DNA from: an uncultured Verrucomicrobiae bacterium | Lineage (GTDB): Bacteria > Verrucomicrobiota > Verrucomicrobiia > Limisphaerales > Palsa-1400 | Assembly (NCBI GenBank): GCA_963707025.1 | Contig: CAVPOM010000003.1 | Coordinates: 256,001 to 320,000 of the forward strand | Direction of reading: 5' to 3' | Length of the DNA stretch: 64,000 bases | Part shown: one piece after another, positions 36,847-46,566 of the stretch | How positions within the stretch are numbered: position 1 is the first letter of the stretch | Layout: the number at the start of each line of letters is the position of its first letter | Position numbers and translations under genes: made by a program | The notes under the pieces: generated by a model | Told to the model about the DNA's origin: nothing | Seen by the model: only the letters and a program-made list of their open reading frames with translations | Database searches by the model: none

Positions 36847-37080
36847 ATGCAAAATGAAAATCAGCCCATCCTCCTGCGCCTCAGCCTCGCCGAAATCCAC
36901 TCGCGCGGACGGGTCAGGACGCCGGGATATGTGGAGGCGCTGCTGGCGGCGGGGCGGGCGGACGCGGACGGGGTGCATTGGCTGGTGCCGCTGGCGGCGC
37001 TGCGGGAGGTGTGGGCCCGCCATGGCGCGCCGGGCTTGGACCTGGAGCATGGGGGCGGCTGCGGCGGATGCGGCTCCTGA
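36847..37080 (+). CDS. Small terminal protein of the cluster with C-terminal CGGC
   Basis: 77-aa ORF: RTPGYVEALLAAG...GGGCGGCGS. Confidence 0.55.
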   Translation: MQNENQPILLRLSLAEIHSRGRVRTPGYVEALLAAGRADADGVHWLVPLAALREVWARHGAPGLDLEHGGGCGGCGS

Positions 37081-37232
37081 AACGGGGCGGGCTTTTGGCC
37101 GGCGCACAGTCAAACACAATGTTGCCATGCCGGGAACCAGGCCCTTTGCCAGGCGCGTGTGCTCCCCGGAACGGGCCGGGTTTTGCGCTGGCGGCTTGTG
37201 GAAAGGGCGGGGGGATGGCATGGTGGCGGGGC

Positions 37233-37790
37233 TTGAAAATACTCGTCGCCATGACCGGGGCCAGCGGGGCCATCTACGCGCAGCGCCTGCTGGATAATCT
37301 GGATCCGGGCCGGCACGAAATCCATGTGGTGCTGAGCCATTACGCGCAGGTGGTGCTGGCGGAGGAGCTGCCGGGCGGCCTGCGCCTGGCGGCCGGGGTG
37401 ACGACGCACGGCCTGAAAAGCATGAACGCGCCCTTCGCCAGCGGCTCCAATCCAGTGGACGCCATGGTGGTGATCCCCTGCACCATGGGCACGGCGGGAC
37501 GGATCGCGCACGGGTTCAGCGAGGACATTTTGCTGCGGGCGGCGGACGTGACGCTGAAGGAGAAGCGCAAGCTGATCCTGGTGCCGCGGGAAACGCCGCT
37601 GAGCCTGATTCATGTCAGGAATTTTGAGCTGCTCCTGCTGGCGGGGGCGGTCATTCTGCCGGCCAATCCGTCCTTTTATCATCGTCCGGCCAGCATTGAG
37701 CAAGTGGTGGACAGCGTGGTGGGGCGGGTGCTGGATCATCTGGGAATTGGGCACGGGCTGGTGCCGCGCTGGCAAGAAGAAAAGGAGTGA
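37233..37790 (+). CDS. ubiX: Flavin prenyltransferase UbiX
   Basis: KILVAMTGASGAIY, FASGS, PCTMGT, RAADVTLKEKRKLILVPRETP; TTG start inferred. Confidence 0.92.
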   Translation: MKILVAMTGASGAIYAQRLLDNLDPGRHEIHVVLSHYAQVVLAEELPGGLRLAAGVTTHGLKSMNAPFASGSNPVDAMVVIPCTMGTAGRIAHGFSEDILLRAADVTLKEKRKLILVPRETPLSLIHVRNFELLLLAGAVILPANPSFYHRPASIEQVVDSVVGRVLDHLGIGHGLVPRWQEEKE

Positions 37791-37814
37791 GGCCGCCACA
37801 GCCGAGGACGCAGG

Positions 37815-38738
37815 ATGTTTTTCTCGAAAATACGGAAATGGGCCGGGTTCATCAAGCTGTCGCACACGGTGTTTGCCCTGCCCTTTGCCCTGGCGGGGAT
37901 GGCAGTGGCGGCGCGGGAGCAGCGCGGCTGGCCGGGCTGGCGGAAGTTCCTGCTGATCCTGGCGGCGATGTTTTGCGCGCGGACCTGCGCCATGGCCTTC
38001 AACCGCATCGCGGACCGGGAACTCGACCGGGCCAATCCGCGCACGGCGGGGCGGCCCCTGGCGGCGGGGGAGATTTCGGCGGCGGGGGCGTGGGCGCTAT
38101 GTTTGACAGGGGCGGCCGGGCTGGTGCTGGCGAGCTGGCTGCTCAATGATGTCTGCGCGGCGCTGTCGCCGGTGGCGCTGGTCATCGTGTGTTTTTATTC
38201 GCTGACCAAACGGTTCACCGATTTCAGCCATGTTTTCCTGGGGGTGGCGCTGGGGCTGGCGCCGGTCGGGGCCTGGCTGGCGGTGAAGGGGAGTTTTCAT
38301 TTTTTCCCGGACGGGGCCAGGACGCTGGAGAACAGCGCCATCCTGCCGCTGCTGCTGGGGGCGGGGGTGGTGTTCTGGCTGGTGGGCTTCGACATTATTT
38401 ACGCGCTGCAGGACTATGAGTTTGACCGGGCGCACGGCCTGCATTCGCTGGTGGTGCGGTGGGGTGTCAACAATGCGCTGGCCGCGTCGTTTTTGTCGCA
38501 CATGATCATGTGGCTGGTGTTGATGGTGTTCGGATTGCTGGCCCGCTTCCGGCTGGCCTATTATGTCGGGCTGGTTTTTATTCTGGGCTGCCTGTTCATG
38601 GAACACTGGCTGGCGCGGCGGCGGAGCTTGAACTGGATCAACCAGGCCTTTTTCCGGCTCAACGCCGTGATCAGCGTGGTGTTCGTGGTGGTGACGCTGA
38701 CGGAAATCGTGTTTCCATTCCTGCGCTTTAGAAGGTGA
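37815..38738 (+). CDS. ubiA: UbiA-family polyprenyltransferase (MqnP-like)
   Basis: IKLSHTVFALPFA, AMAFNRIADRELDRANPRT, YSLTKRFT, GFDIIYALQDYEFD. Confidence 0.88.
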   Translation: MFFSKIRKWAGFIKLSHTVFALPFALAGMAVAAREQRGWPGWRKFLLILAAMFCARTCAMAFNRIADRELDRANPRTAGRPLAAGEISAAGAWALCLTGAAGLVLASWLLNDVCAALSPVALVIVCFYSLTKRFTDFSHVFLGVALGLAPVGAWLAVKGSFHFFPDGARTLENSAILPLLLGAGVVFWLVGFDIIYALQDYEFDRAHGLHSLVVRWGVNNALAASFLSHMIMWLVLMVFGLLARFRLAYYVGLVFILGCLFMEHWLARRRSLNWINQAFFRLNAVISVVFVVVTLTEIVFPFLRFRR

Positions 38739-38872
38739 ACTTTTTTTGAGGCGGAGCGGACCAGGACCAAGCCGGCAAAGGCAGGGGTCGGTGTCTTAAT
38801 TTGTTTTTTCGGGCGTTCTCCGATTGCGTTCAATGGGTTACGCACGAAATTGCCGCATGGGTTGTATTACAG

Positions 38873-39474
38873 TCATTTTTGCACTGGCCCGGCATTGGTT
38901 AAAAGCCCGTATCCGGCGGCGATAAAACCGCCGTTCGTCAAAAAAGTAGAAACCCTCCAAAATTGGTTTGTTTGCGGCGGTATCTGGAAAGTTTTTGGCC
39001 AGTTCTTGTTCACAATAAGGACAATTTCTCCACCCATAGTTTGCAAAGGCGATGTGGCTTCATCCTTCCCGAGTCCCTCAATCTGCACAAAACTCAGGTC
39101 GTTAAACGTCACCCTATTTGGGTTCCGAAATCCATCCTGCTTGGTGGAGTCAAATGTCAAATCAAAACAGATGTTTGGAACGTATGGCTTATTTCTGCGG
39201 ATACCCAAAGCTTCTCCAGAAAGCGTCCCCACAAAAACCACATGCCCGATAAGCACCATTTCTGCGAACCCTTCTTCCAGTGATATGTTAGGCCGCTGCC
39301 CTAAAACCAACAGAGCGGTCTCGCCCTTTTTACTATCCAAATCACTGAACTGCGGCTCATCGTTGCGAAAGGCATCATGGAAATTCAGTAATTTCTTCGC
39401 AAATTCCATTTCTCGACCGTCCTTGGGTCGAATCTCGATGCGGGCATATCCAGAGATAGAATTGATTGGGAGAT
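38873..39474 (-). pseudogene. AT-rich hypothetical gene lacking its 5' end at the IS3 boundary
   Basis: Long open frame running into the IS inverted repeat. Confidence 0.5.
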
Positions 39475-39555
39475 TGAGGGGGTCCCCAAAAACTAGACCA
39501 CTGCTGAAGAAGATAGACTTTTGTTGGTCTGCTGGAAATGAGAGAAAGCAGACTG

Positions 39556-39846
39556 ATGAAAACAAAACGGAAGCGGCACAGTGCGGCCTTCAAGGCCAAA
39601 GTGGGATTCGAAGCCCTGGTGGGGCTTAAGACGGTCGCGCAGCTGGCGCGAGAGTACGCGGTGCATCCGACCCAGGTCACGCAATGGAAAGCGACGATTC
39701 GCGACCGGTTGCCCGACCTGTTTGAGGCGGGGCATGCGGGCAGCGCAGACCAGGAGGAGTTGATCGGGCAATTGCACCAGAAGATCGGGCAGTTGACGGT
39801 GGACCTGGACTGGCTGAAAAAAAAATCCAAACAACTGGGCCTTTAA
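39556..39846 (+). CDS. IS3 OrfA
   Basis: RKRHSAAFKAKV, LHQKIGQLTVDLDWLKKKS; A9 slippery run near 39816-39824. Confidence 0.9.
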   Translation: MKTKRKRHSAAFKAKVGFEALVGLKTVAQLAREYAVHPTQVTQWKATIRDRLPDLFEAGHAGSADQEELIGQLHQKIGQLTVDLDWLKKKSKQLGL

Positions 39847-39860
39847 AGAGCCTGGCGGAG

Positions 39861-40742
39861 TTGGTCGGCCCGGATGCGCAGGTGAGCGTGCGGCATCAGT
39901 GCGACCTGCTGGATTTATGCCGGAGCAGTTACTATTACCAACCGTGCCCCGAGACGCCGGAGAATCTGGCGCTGATGCGGCGTTTGGACCAGTTGCACTT
40001 GGACCATCCGGTCTATGGCAGCCGCAAGTTGCGGGTGCTGTTGGGCCGGGAGGGCTGGGAAGTCAATCGCAAGCGGGTGGTGCGGCTGTTGCGGGTCATG
40101 GGCATCGAGGCCATCTACCGCAAACCCCGGACCAGCCTGCCGGGGCCGGGCCATCAGATCTATCCGTATCTGTTGGGCGAGTTGGAGATCACCGGGCCCG
40201 ATCAGGCTTGGTGCGCGGACATCACCTATGTGCCGATGGCACAGGGGTTTATGTATCTGGTGGCGGTGATGGATTGGTGGAGCCGGTATGTGCTGGCGTG
40301 GCGCTTGAGCAACACGTTGGAGAGCGCCTTCTGCGTGGACGCCTGGGAAGCGGCGCTGCAGAGCGGGCGGAAGGCCCCGCTGATCGCCAACACCGACCAG
40401 GGGTCGCAGTTCACTTCGCCGCTGTATATCAACGCGGTGGAATCGGCGGGGGTGGACGTGAGCATGGATGGCCGGGGGCGGTGGATGGACAACCGGTTTA
40501 TCGAGCGGTTGTGGCGGAGCGTCAAGCATGAGGACATATATCTGCAAGATTACCTGGACGGGATCGAGGCCGGGCGCGGGCTGGCGCGCTGGTTTGAGGA
40601 TTACAACCGGTTGCGTCCGCACGCGGCTTTGCACTATGCGACGCCCGCGGCCGTGTATTCTGATCCCGGGGCCTACGGAGCCCAACCGGCCCGATGGGAA
40701 GCGATGCAGCCCAAGGAGGGCTGGCCGGCCGGAAAAACTTGA
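39861..40742 (+). CDS. IS3 OrfB DDE transposase
   Basis: YGSRK, WCADITY, NTDQGSQF, DNRFIERLWRSVK. Confidence 0.92.
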   Translation: MVGPDAQVSVRHQCDLLDLCRSSYYYQPCPETPENLALMRRLDQLHLDHPVYGSRKLRVLLGREGWEVNRKRVVRLLRVMGIEAIYRKPRTSLPGPGHQIYPYLLGELEITGPDQAWCADITYVPMAQGFMYLVAVMDWWSRYVLAWRLSNTLESAFCVDAWEAALQSGRKAPLIANTDQGSQFTSPLYINAVESAGVDVSMDGRGRWMDNRFIERLWRSVKHEDIYLQDYLDGIEAGRGLARWFEDYNRLRPHAALHYATPAAVYSDPGAYGAQPARWEAMQPKEGWPAGKT

Positions 40743-40950
40743 AATCAGACCGCCTGCGGCGGTAAGGTTGGAAACCCTAAGAAAACGGAGAGGGAGGACG
40801 GGCGGTGCCAGGCGCGGCTCGTTCTCTCTTTTCGAAAGGGTTTGGAAGCGCGGAATGAACAACAGACAAACAAAAATACAAATGACAGCGGACCTCCAGA
40901 GTCTATCTTATTCTCCGCGCTCCGTGGTCTAAAGGATGGGGTCCACCTCA

Positions 40951-41344
40951 AATCGCCAGGTTTCGTTGTCCCTCTGGGCGTAATCAGGCTTGATGATCGG
41001 CCTGGGTCAATAAGCTTTTCAAGTTCTATCGGTCTTCCGCTCAATTCAGCTATTTTCTTTCGTTTCTGCCCCCTCTCAAGGATCGCCCATGATGTGCTTA
41101 AGCCAGCAATCACCCATGCAACCCATTGATTTATCGCCACACTTGCTAATAATTTTTCTGCGAACTTAGCCATGGTCACTTTACCACTCAGCGCCTTAAT
41201 TGATTCGTTGGCATAATGCGCCCAAAAAATAAGCACCAGACCCCATATTGCCACTTTCACAATCGCAACTGACGCTTCAATCACTTTAACCATCAGCGTA
41301 GTTTTATATTGCATCTCCGCTTTGGATAATGGAGGTTTGCCCAT
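40951..41344 (-). CDS. AT-rich two-TM membrane protein; 3' end abuts IS3
   Basis: Two hydrophobic segments; ends LEKLIDPGRSSSLITPRGTTKPGD at the IS end. Confidence 0.6.
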
Positions 41345-41524
41345 GTGCCACAGTAAATCAAAACCCCCAAAAACTGTCAATTAGAATCACTGGTAAAGAA
41401 CAGCCCTTTCCACAACCATTTTAGCACAACTCATGCCAAAGTCAATAGTGCAACAATCTAATTATTCAACCAAAACGGATTGAGTCAAACAACCCGGAAG
41501 CGCACCATGACCCTAAATGAGGAT

Positions 41525-41579
41525 GGCAGGGCGCGCACTCCGTGCGCGCCGCGGCGGGCAACGGAGTGCCCGCCCTACC
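41525..41579. repeat. REP doublet
   Basis: GGCAGGGCGCGCACTCCGTGCGCGCC + GGCGGGCAACGGAGTGCCCGCCCTACC. Confidence 0.7.
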
Positions 41580-41870
41580 TTTCGCGGCACATCCATGACG
41601 GACGAGTTGCCAAGAATTGTTGCGGGGCCGGCGCCCTGCGCCGAGTTCGAGCCACAGGCTCGACGCTACACCGTTGGAAGGAACGAACCGCCAGCCATGA
41701 ACCCGCGGCAAACTCCCTCTCCACGGCCCTGCTCCTCCACGAGGGTGCGGAGTAGAGGGGAAGACGCACGGGGTCCCATACCTTTTCCAGTTCGTAACGG
41801 CACTATGGCGAAGGCGATTGGCGACGGTCGCAGAACGCCGCTACAGTGGGAGAGCAAACTGGAAACGGGG

Positions 41871-42056
41871 TCAATCTTCGGGGCGCTCGCCGCTGGGGGC
41901 CATCTTGACCAGCTTGGGATCGAATTGGCCCAGCACGGTGACCAGGTCTTGCTGGGCGGCCATGACCTGGCGAATGTTCTTGCAGGCCATGGGCACTTCG
42001 TCCAGGCCGGCGGAAATCAGGGTGACGCCGGCCTGTTTGAGAAAACGGCTTACGTC
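41871..42056 (-). pseudogene. rtcB: 3' remnant of RNA ligase RtcB
   Basis: Hand translation DVSRFLKQAGVTLISAGLDEVPMACKNIRQVMAAQQDLVTVLGQFDPKLVKMAPSGERPED*; preceded by in-frame TAG. Confidence 0.75.
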
Positions 42057-42072
42057 CTATCAGGCCGGGAGA

Positions 42073-43365
42073 TCAATGGAGCTGGCCGATTTGGAAATCC
42101 AGGGCGGCGCGCTGGATGTGGTAATCGTAACGCGCGCCGGCTTCCTCAATTTGGGCGGAGGTTTGGTTCAACTCCGCCTGGCTCAATTCCACGATGGAAT
42201 TGAGGCCGAGGTTGAAGCGGGCCTGGGCCAGTTGCAAGGCCTGGTTGGCGTTTTGCAACAGGCTGGCCGTCAGCGCAATGCGGGCGAAGGAATAGTCGAG
42301 GTTGAGCTTGGAAATCTGGGTGTCGCGCGCGATGGTGTTTTCCTGGTCGCGCACGGTCTGGCCGGCGGCATCGGCCAGCAAGGCGGCCTCGCGCTGGCGG
42401 GCCTGATAAAGACCGCCGGTGAAGAGCGGGAAATTGAGGTTGACGCCGGCGGCGGCGTAATTGTCCCCCAGGCGCGAATCGCCCAGCGGCATCAGGCCGC
42501 CGCCGGCCAGGGCGCTGAGGGTGGGGTAACTCAACTTGTTTTCGGCGCGCGCGAATTCCTTGGCGGCGTCGCGCTGGTAGCGGGCGCGGGCCAGGTCGGG
42601 CCGGTTGGCCAGGGCCAGGACGATGAGGTCCGGGCCGCTGTTGGTGACCAATTCGGGCATCGGCTCCTCGGCCAGGTCAAAGCTTTGGGGCTGGCGCTCG
42701 CCCAGCACGGTGGAGAGGCTGGCGAAGGCCGATTGCAAATCCTTGTCCGCCTTGGCCACGAGGAGATGGGCTTGATCGAGGTCCACGCTGGCAAAGCTGA
42801 CATCCAGCTCGGACCTCGTTTTGGCGGTGGCGGCCAGTGCCTGGGTCTGGCGCAGGACGACCGTGCGTTCATTTTCTGTTTGACGCGCGGTGGCCAGAAT
42901 GGCCTGCGATTCCAAGGCGGAGAAATAAGCGGCATTGACCTCGAGCAGAATTTCCTCACGGGTCGCCTCCCGGTTCATTTCCTCGGCGCGGGCGCGCAGA
43001 CTGGAGCTGCGGGTCAGTTCGGAGGTCCGGCCAAAATCGGTGAGGAGCTGGGCGATGGTAATGCCCTCGGCCTCACGCTGGAAGACATTGGGATTATTGA
43101 GGTAGCCGGCGGAGACGTGGGTGTTGTTGGGGTCGGCCGTTCCGACCGCCGTGGCGCTGGCGTAGATGTTGGGAAGAAACGCGGCGCGGACCTCTTTGAC
43201 AGATTGCCGGGCGGCCAGGGCCTGAAGATTGGCGACGGAAATGCGGGGGTGTTGGGCCAGAGCGATGTCTTCGGCTTCCCGCAAGCTCAGGCGCCGCGGG
43301 GCATCGGCGGCGGGCAGAGAGCCGGCGGCGCAGAGCAAGAGCATAAAGCAAGCGGCTTTTTTCAT
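42073..43365 (-). CDS. TolC-family outer-membrane efflux protein
   Basis: Signal peptide, LSLREAEDIALAQHP, ALANRPDL, FPLFTGG. Confidence 0.9.
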   Translation of the reverse strand: MKKAACFMLLLCAAGSLPAADAPRRLSLREAEDIALAQHPRISVANLQALAARQSVKEVRAAFLPNIYASATAVGTADPNNTHVSAGYLNNPNVFQREAEGITIAQLLTDFGRTSELTRSSSLRARAEEMNREATREEILLEVNAAYFSALESQAILATARQTENERTVVLRQTQALAATAKTRSELDVSFASVDLDQAHLLVAKADKDLQSAFASLSTVLGERQPQSFDLAEEPMPELVTNSGPDLIVLALANRPDLARARYQRDAAKEFARAENKLSYPTLSALAGGGLMPLGDSRLGDNYAAAGVNLNFPLFTGGLYQARQREAALLADAAGQTVRDQENTIARDTQISKLNLDYSFARIALTASLLQNANQALQLAQARFNLGLNSIVELSQAELNQTSAQIEEAGARYDYHIQRAALDFQIGQLH

Positions 43366-46300
43366 GAGGCGGGATGGACCTTGAGTCCGGCGGAACGGGC
43401 GGCATCGTGTTTGCCATAGAGGATCAGGTAAGCGGCCGGGACGATGAACACGGTCAGCACCACCGAAACAGCCAGTCCGCCGATGATGGCCCGGGCCAGA
43501 GGCGCGTAGGCCTCGCTGCCGGTGCCCAGCTTGAGTGCCATCGGAATGCAGGCCGATTAAGCGTGGCCAGCGAGGTCATCAGCACCGGACGCAGCCGCAC
43601 CCGGCAGGCCAGCGACACGGCCTCCCGCAACGGCCGTCCTTCTTCCCGCAGCCGGCTGGTAAATTCCACGATCAGGATGCTGTTGGAAACCACGATGCCC
43701 ACCATCATCACCACGCCCATCAGCGACATGACGTTCAGCGTCGTGCCGGTCAGCCAACAGGATGAGCAGCACTCCGGTCAGCCCGGTCGGCACCGCCAGC
43801 AGAATCAGCAACGGATCCACGAAGGACTTGAACTGCGCGACCAGGATCAGATAAACCAGCAGCGTCGACAGGATCAGCCCCAGCCCGAAACTGCGTGAAG
43901 GAGGAGCGCATGGCCTGCACCGAGCCGCGCACGGCGATCTTCATGTTTTCCGGCAATACGAGTTGCCTGAATGATCTTTTGCACGCCGGCATAGACCCGG
44001 CTCAAGTCCTCGCCCGCGGGGGCGACATAAACATCCACGGCGCGCCGGATCTGGTAGTGGTCCACCTCGGTGGGGCTGAGGATGTGGGAGATGCGGACGA
44101 CCGAGTCCAGCCGGGTCGGCTCCTTGAGGTGGGGCGCGCGCAAGGGCATCGAGCCAAGGTCGGCCAGATTTTTCACGATGTTCTCCGGGTATTGGACGGT
44201 CAGCAAGTAGTCGTTGCCGGTCTTGGGGTCAATCCAGTAGCTGGGCGCGATCATGCCGTCGGAGGTCAGCGCGGTGATGAGGCTGTCCACGACTTCCTTG
44301 GCGCTGAGGCCCAGTTCGCTGGCGCGCTCGCGGTCAATGTCAATTTTCAACGCCGGATAATCCACGTCCTGCGGCACCAGCACGTCGCTGACGCCCGGCA
44401 GTGCGCGCACTTGCTGGGCGATTTTGGTGGCGACGGCGTGCGTCGGCCGTGCAGGTCCATGCCGCTGACTTGGATGTCCAGCGGCGCGGGCATGCCCTGG
44501 TTGAGGATGGCGTCCACCAGGCCGCCGGTCTGGAAATAGGCGCTGAGTTGCGGCAACTCCTTTTGGAGACTGGCGCGGACCAGGTTCATGTAGGCAAAGC
44601 TGCTGCAGTTCGATGGCCGTCGTTTAGCCCGACCTGGACAAAGGCGGTGTGCGGGCCGGAGTTGGGGGTGAGGATGGAGGAAAAGCCGGGCGTGATGCCG
44701 ATGTTGGAGACGATGATTTTGAGGTCGCGCTTGGGCACGACCTCGCGGACGATGTCCTCGACCTGGCCGACCAATTGGTCGGTCAGTTCCAGGCGCGTGC
44801 CGGAGGGCGCTTTGACATTGATGACGAACTGGCCGGGATCGGTGCGCGGGAAGTAGGCCTTGCCGACCAGCGGATAGAGCGCCAGGCTGAGCAGAAAGAC
44901 GCCGGTGATGCCGAGCACGGTGGCCAGCGGGCGCAGCAGGGCGATGTTCAAGCACGCCCTCGTAGCGGTCGAGCATCTGGTGGAATTTGTGGTTGAACCA
45001 GGCGTTGAAGCGCGCGCCCCAGCTTTTCCTGGGCGCTGGCACGCCCGGCTCCTCTCCGAGTTCCTCGTCGGCATCGTGCCTTTTGATCAGCTTGGCGCAG
45101 AACAGCGGCACCACCGTCATGGCCACGAAATAGGAGGCGAACAGCGAGAGCACCACCGACAAGCGCCAGGCGCCGAAACAGATAGCGGCTGACGCCGTAA
45201 AGGAAGGTGACCGGAAAGAAGACAACGACCGTGGTCAGGGTCGCCGCCAGCACCGGCAGGGCGACTTCCTTGCCGCCGCGTTCGGCGGCGACCTCGGGCG
45301 GCTCGCCCATTTCCAGGTGGCGGAAAATGTTTTCCAGGACGACGACCGAGTTGTCGATCAGCCGGGAAAAGGCCAGGGCCAGCCCGCCCAGAACCATGGC
45401 GTTGATGGTGCTGTTGCCCAGATCCAAGGCGAATAAAGGCCGCCAGGGCCGAGAGCGGAATGGAAAGGAACACCGCCGCCGTCGCCCGCAGGCTGCCCAG
45501 AAAGATCAGAATCATCAGCCCGGTCAGGACCAAGCCGATGGTGCCTTCATGGATCAGGTTTTCAATGGCCGCTGCGACAAACACCGACTGGTCGAAGACG
45601 ACGTCTGCGTGCACCAGTTGCTTGGGCACGTCCAGCAGTTTGGCAACGACGTCTTTGACGCCGTCGACCACCGCGATGGTGTTGGCCTCGCCCCCCTGCT
45701 TCAGGACCGGGAGATACACCGAAGGCTGGCCGTTCATGCGCACTTTGTTATAACTGGATTTGCGAGGCGTCCTGGGCCTTGCCCACATCGGCCACCAGCA
45801 CCGAGGCGTCGCCCACCGTCTTCAGCGGCACCAGGTTGATGTCTTTCATGGCGTTGATCTGGCTGTTGGCATAGAGGTTGTAGTCGTAAGGCCCGATCTT
45901 CACGTCGCCCGCCGGCAGAATGAGGTTGGCCTCGTTGACCGCGCGCACCACATCCATGACGCTCAACTGATGCGCCTCCAGTTTGAGGGGGTCCACATAA
46001 ACCATGATCTGGCGATAGCGTCCGCCGAAGGCGGCGGCACGGAGGCCCCCGGCACGCCGGCCATCTGGTTGCGCACGTTGAACTGGCCCAGGTCGCGCAG
46101 CTGCGCTTCGCTCAGGCCCTCGCCTTTCAAGGTGACCAGGCAGACCGGCAGGCTGGAGGCGTCGAATTTCAACACGACCGGCGGCAGGGTGCCCGGCGGC
46201 AGCTAACGCAGGTTGGCCATGGCCAGGTTGGCGATGCTCGTCACGGCCGAATCCGGATTGGAGCCGGGCTGGAAATAGACCTTGATCAGACTGACGCCCG

Positions 46301-46551
46301 GCAGCGAGCGGGACTCCATGTGGTCGATGCCGGTGGCCAGCGTGAAGAAGCGCTCGAACTGGCCGGTGATGTCGTTTTCAATCTGCTCCGGCGGCATGCC
46401 CGGAATAGAACGTGGCCACCACCACCACGGGAATTTTGATCGGGGGAAACAAATCCACCGGCATGCGCATCAGGCTGGTCACGCCCACCACGCAGATGAT
46501 CAGGCACAGCACGACGATGAAATAGGGATAGCGGATGGCAAAGCGGGACAT
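43362..46551 (-). CDS. RND permease broken by many frameshifts (assembly error or pseudogene)
   Basis: Fragments in order: MSRFAIRYP, RLIDNSVVVLENIFRH, YFPRTDPGQF, VVSNSILIVEF, RLRPVLMTSLAT. Confidence 0.8.
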
Positions 46552-46566
46552 AATGAGATGAGGGGT

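Larger units (their letters stand above)
12992..37080 (+). other. Phage-derived morphogenesis cluster lacking mobility/replication genes (GTA-like or remnant prophage)
   Basis: Co-oriented terminase, portal, protease, capsid, connector and tail genes between efflux MFP and ubiX; no integrase, transposase or replication ORF seen. Confidence 0.85.
39475..40950 (+). mobile_element. IS3-family insertion sequence
   Basis: TG...CA ends; IRs TGAGGGGGTCCCCAAAAACTAGACCAC / GTGGTCTAAAGGATGGGGTCCACCTCA; no exact target duplication. Confidence 0.9.

Noticed and set aside
12992..37080. Contractile injection system, tailocin or encapsulin
   Set aside because: No sheath or baseplate-J motif recognised, and terminase plus portal imply DNA packaging
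12560..37230. Mu-type TG...CA ends or att direct repeats bounding the cluster
   Set aside because: TGT and ACA occur near both edges, but I could not find matching repeated transposase sites or a flanking duplication by eye
38823..38845. TTCAATGGGTTACGC resembling ATCAACGGGTTGCG at ~12744 as paired element ends
   Set aside because: Match is short and imperfect, and the interval would include housekeeping ubiX/ubiA
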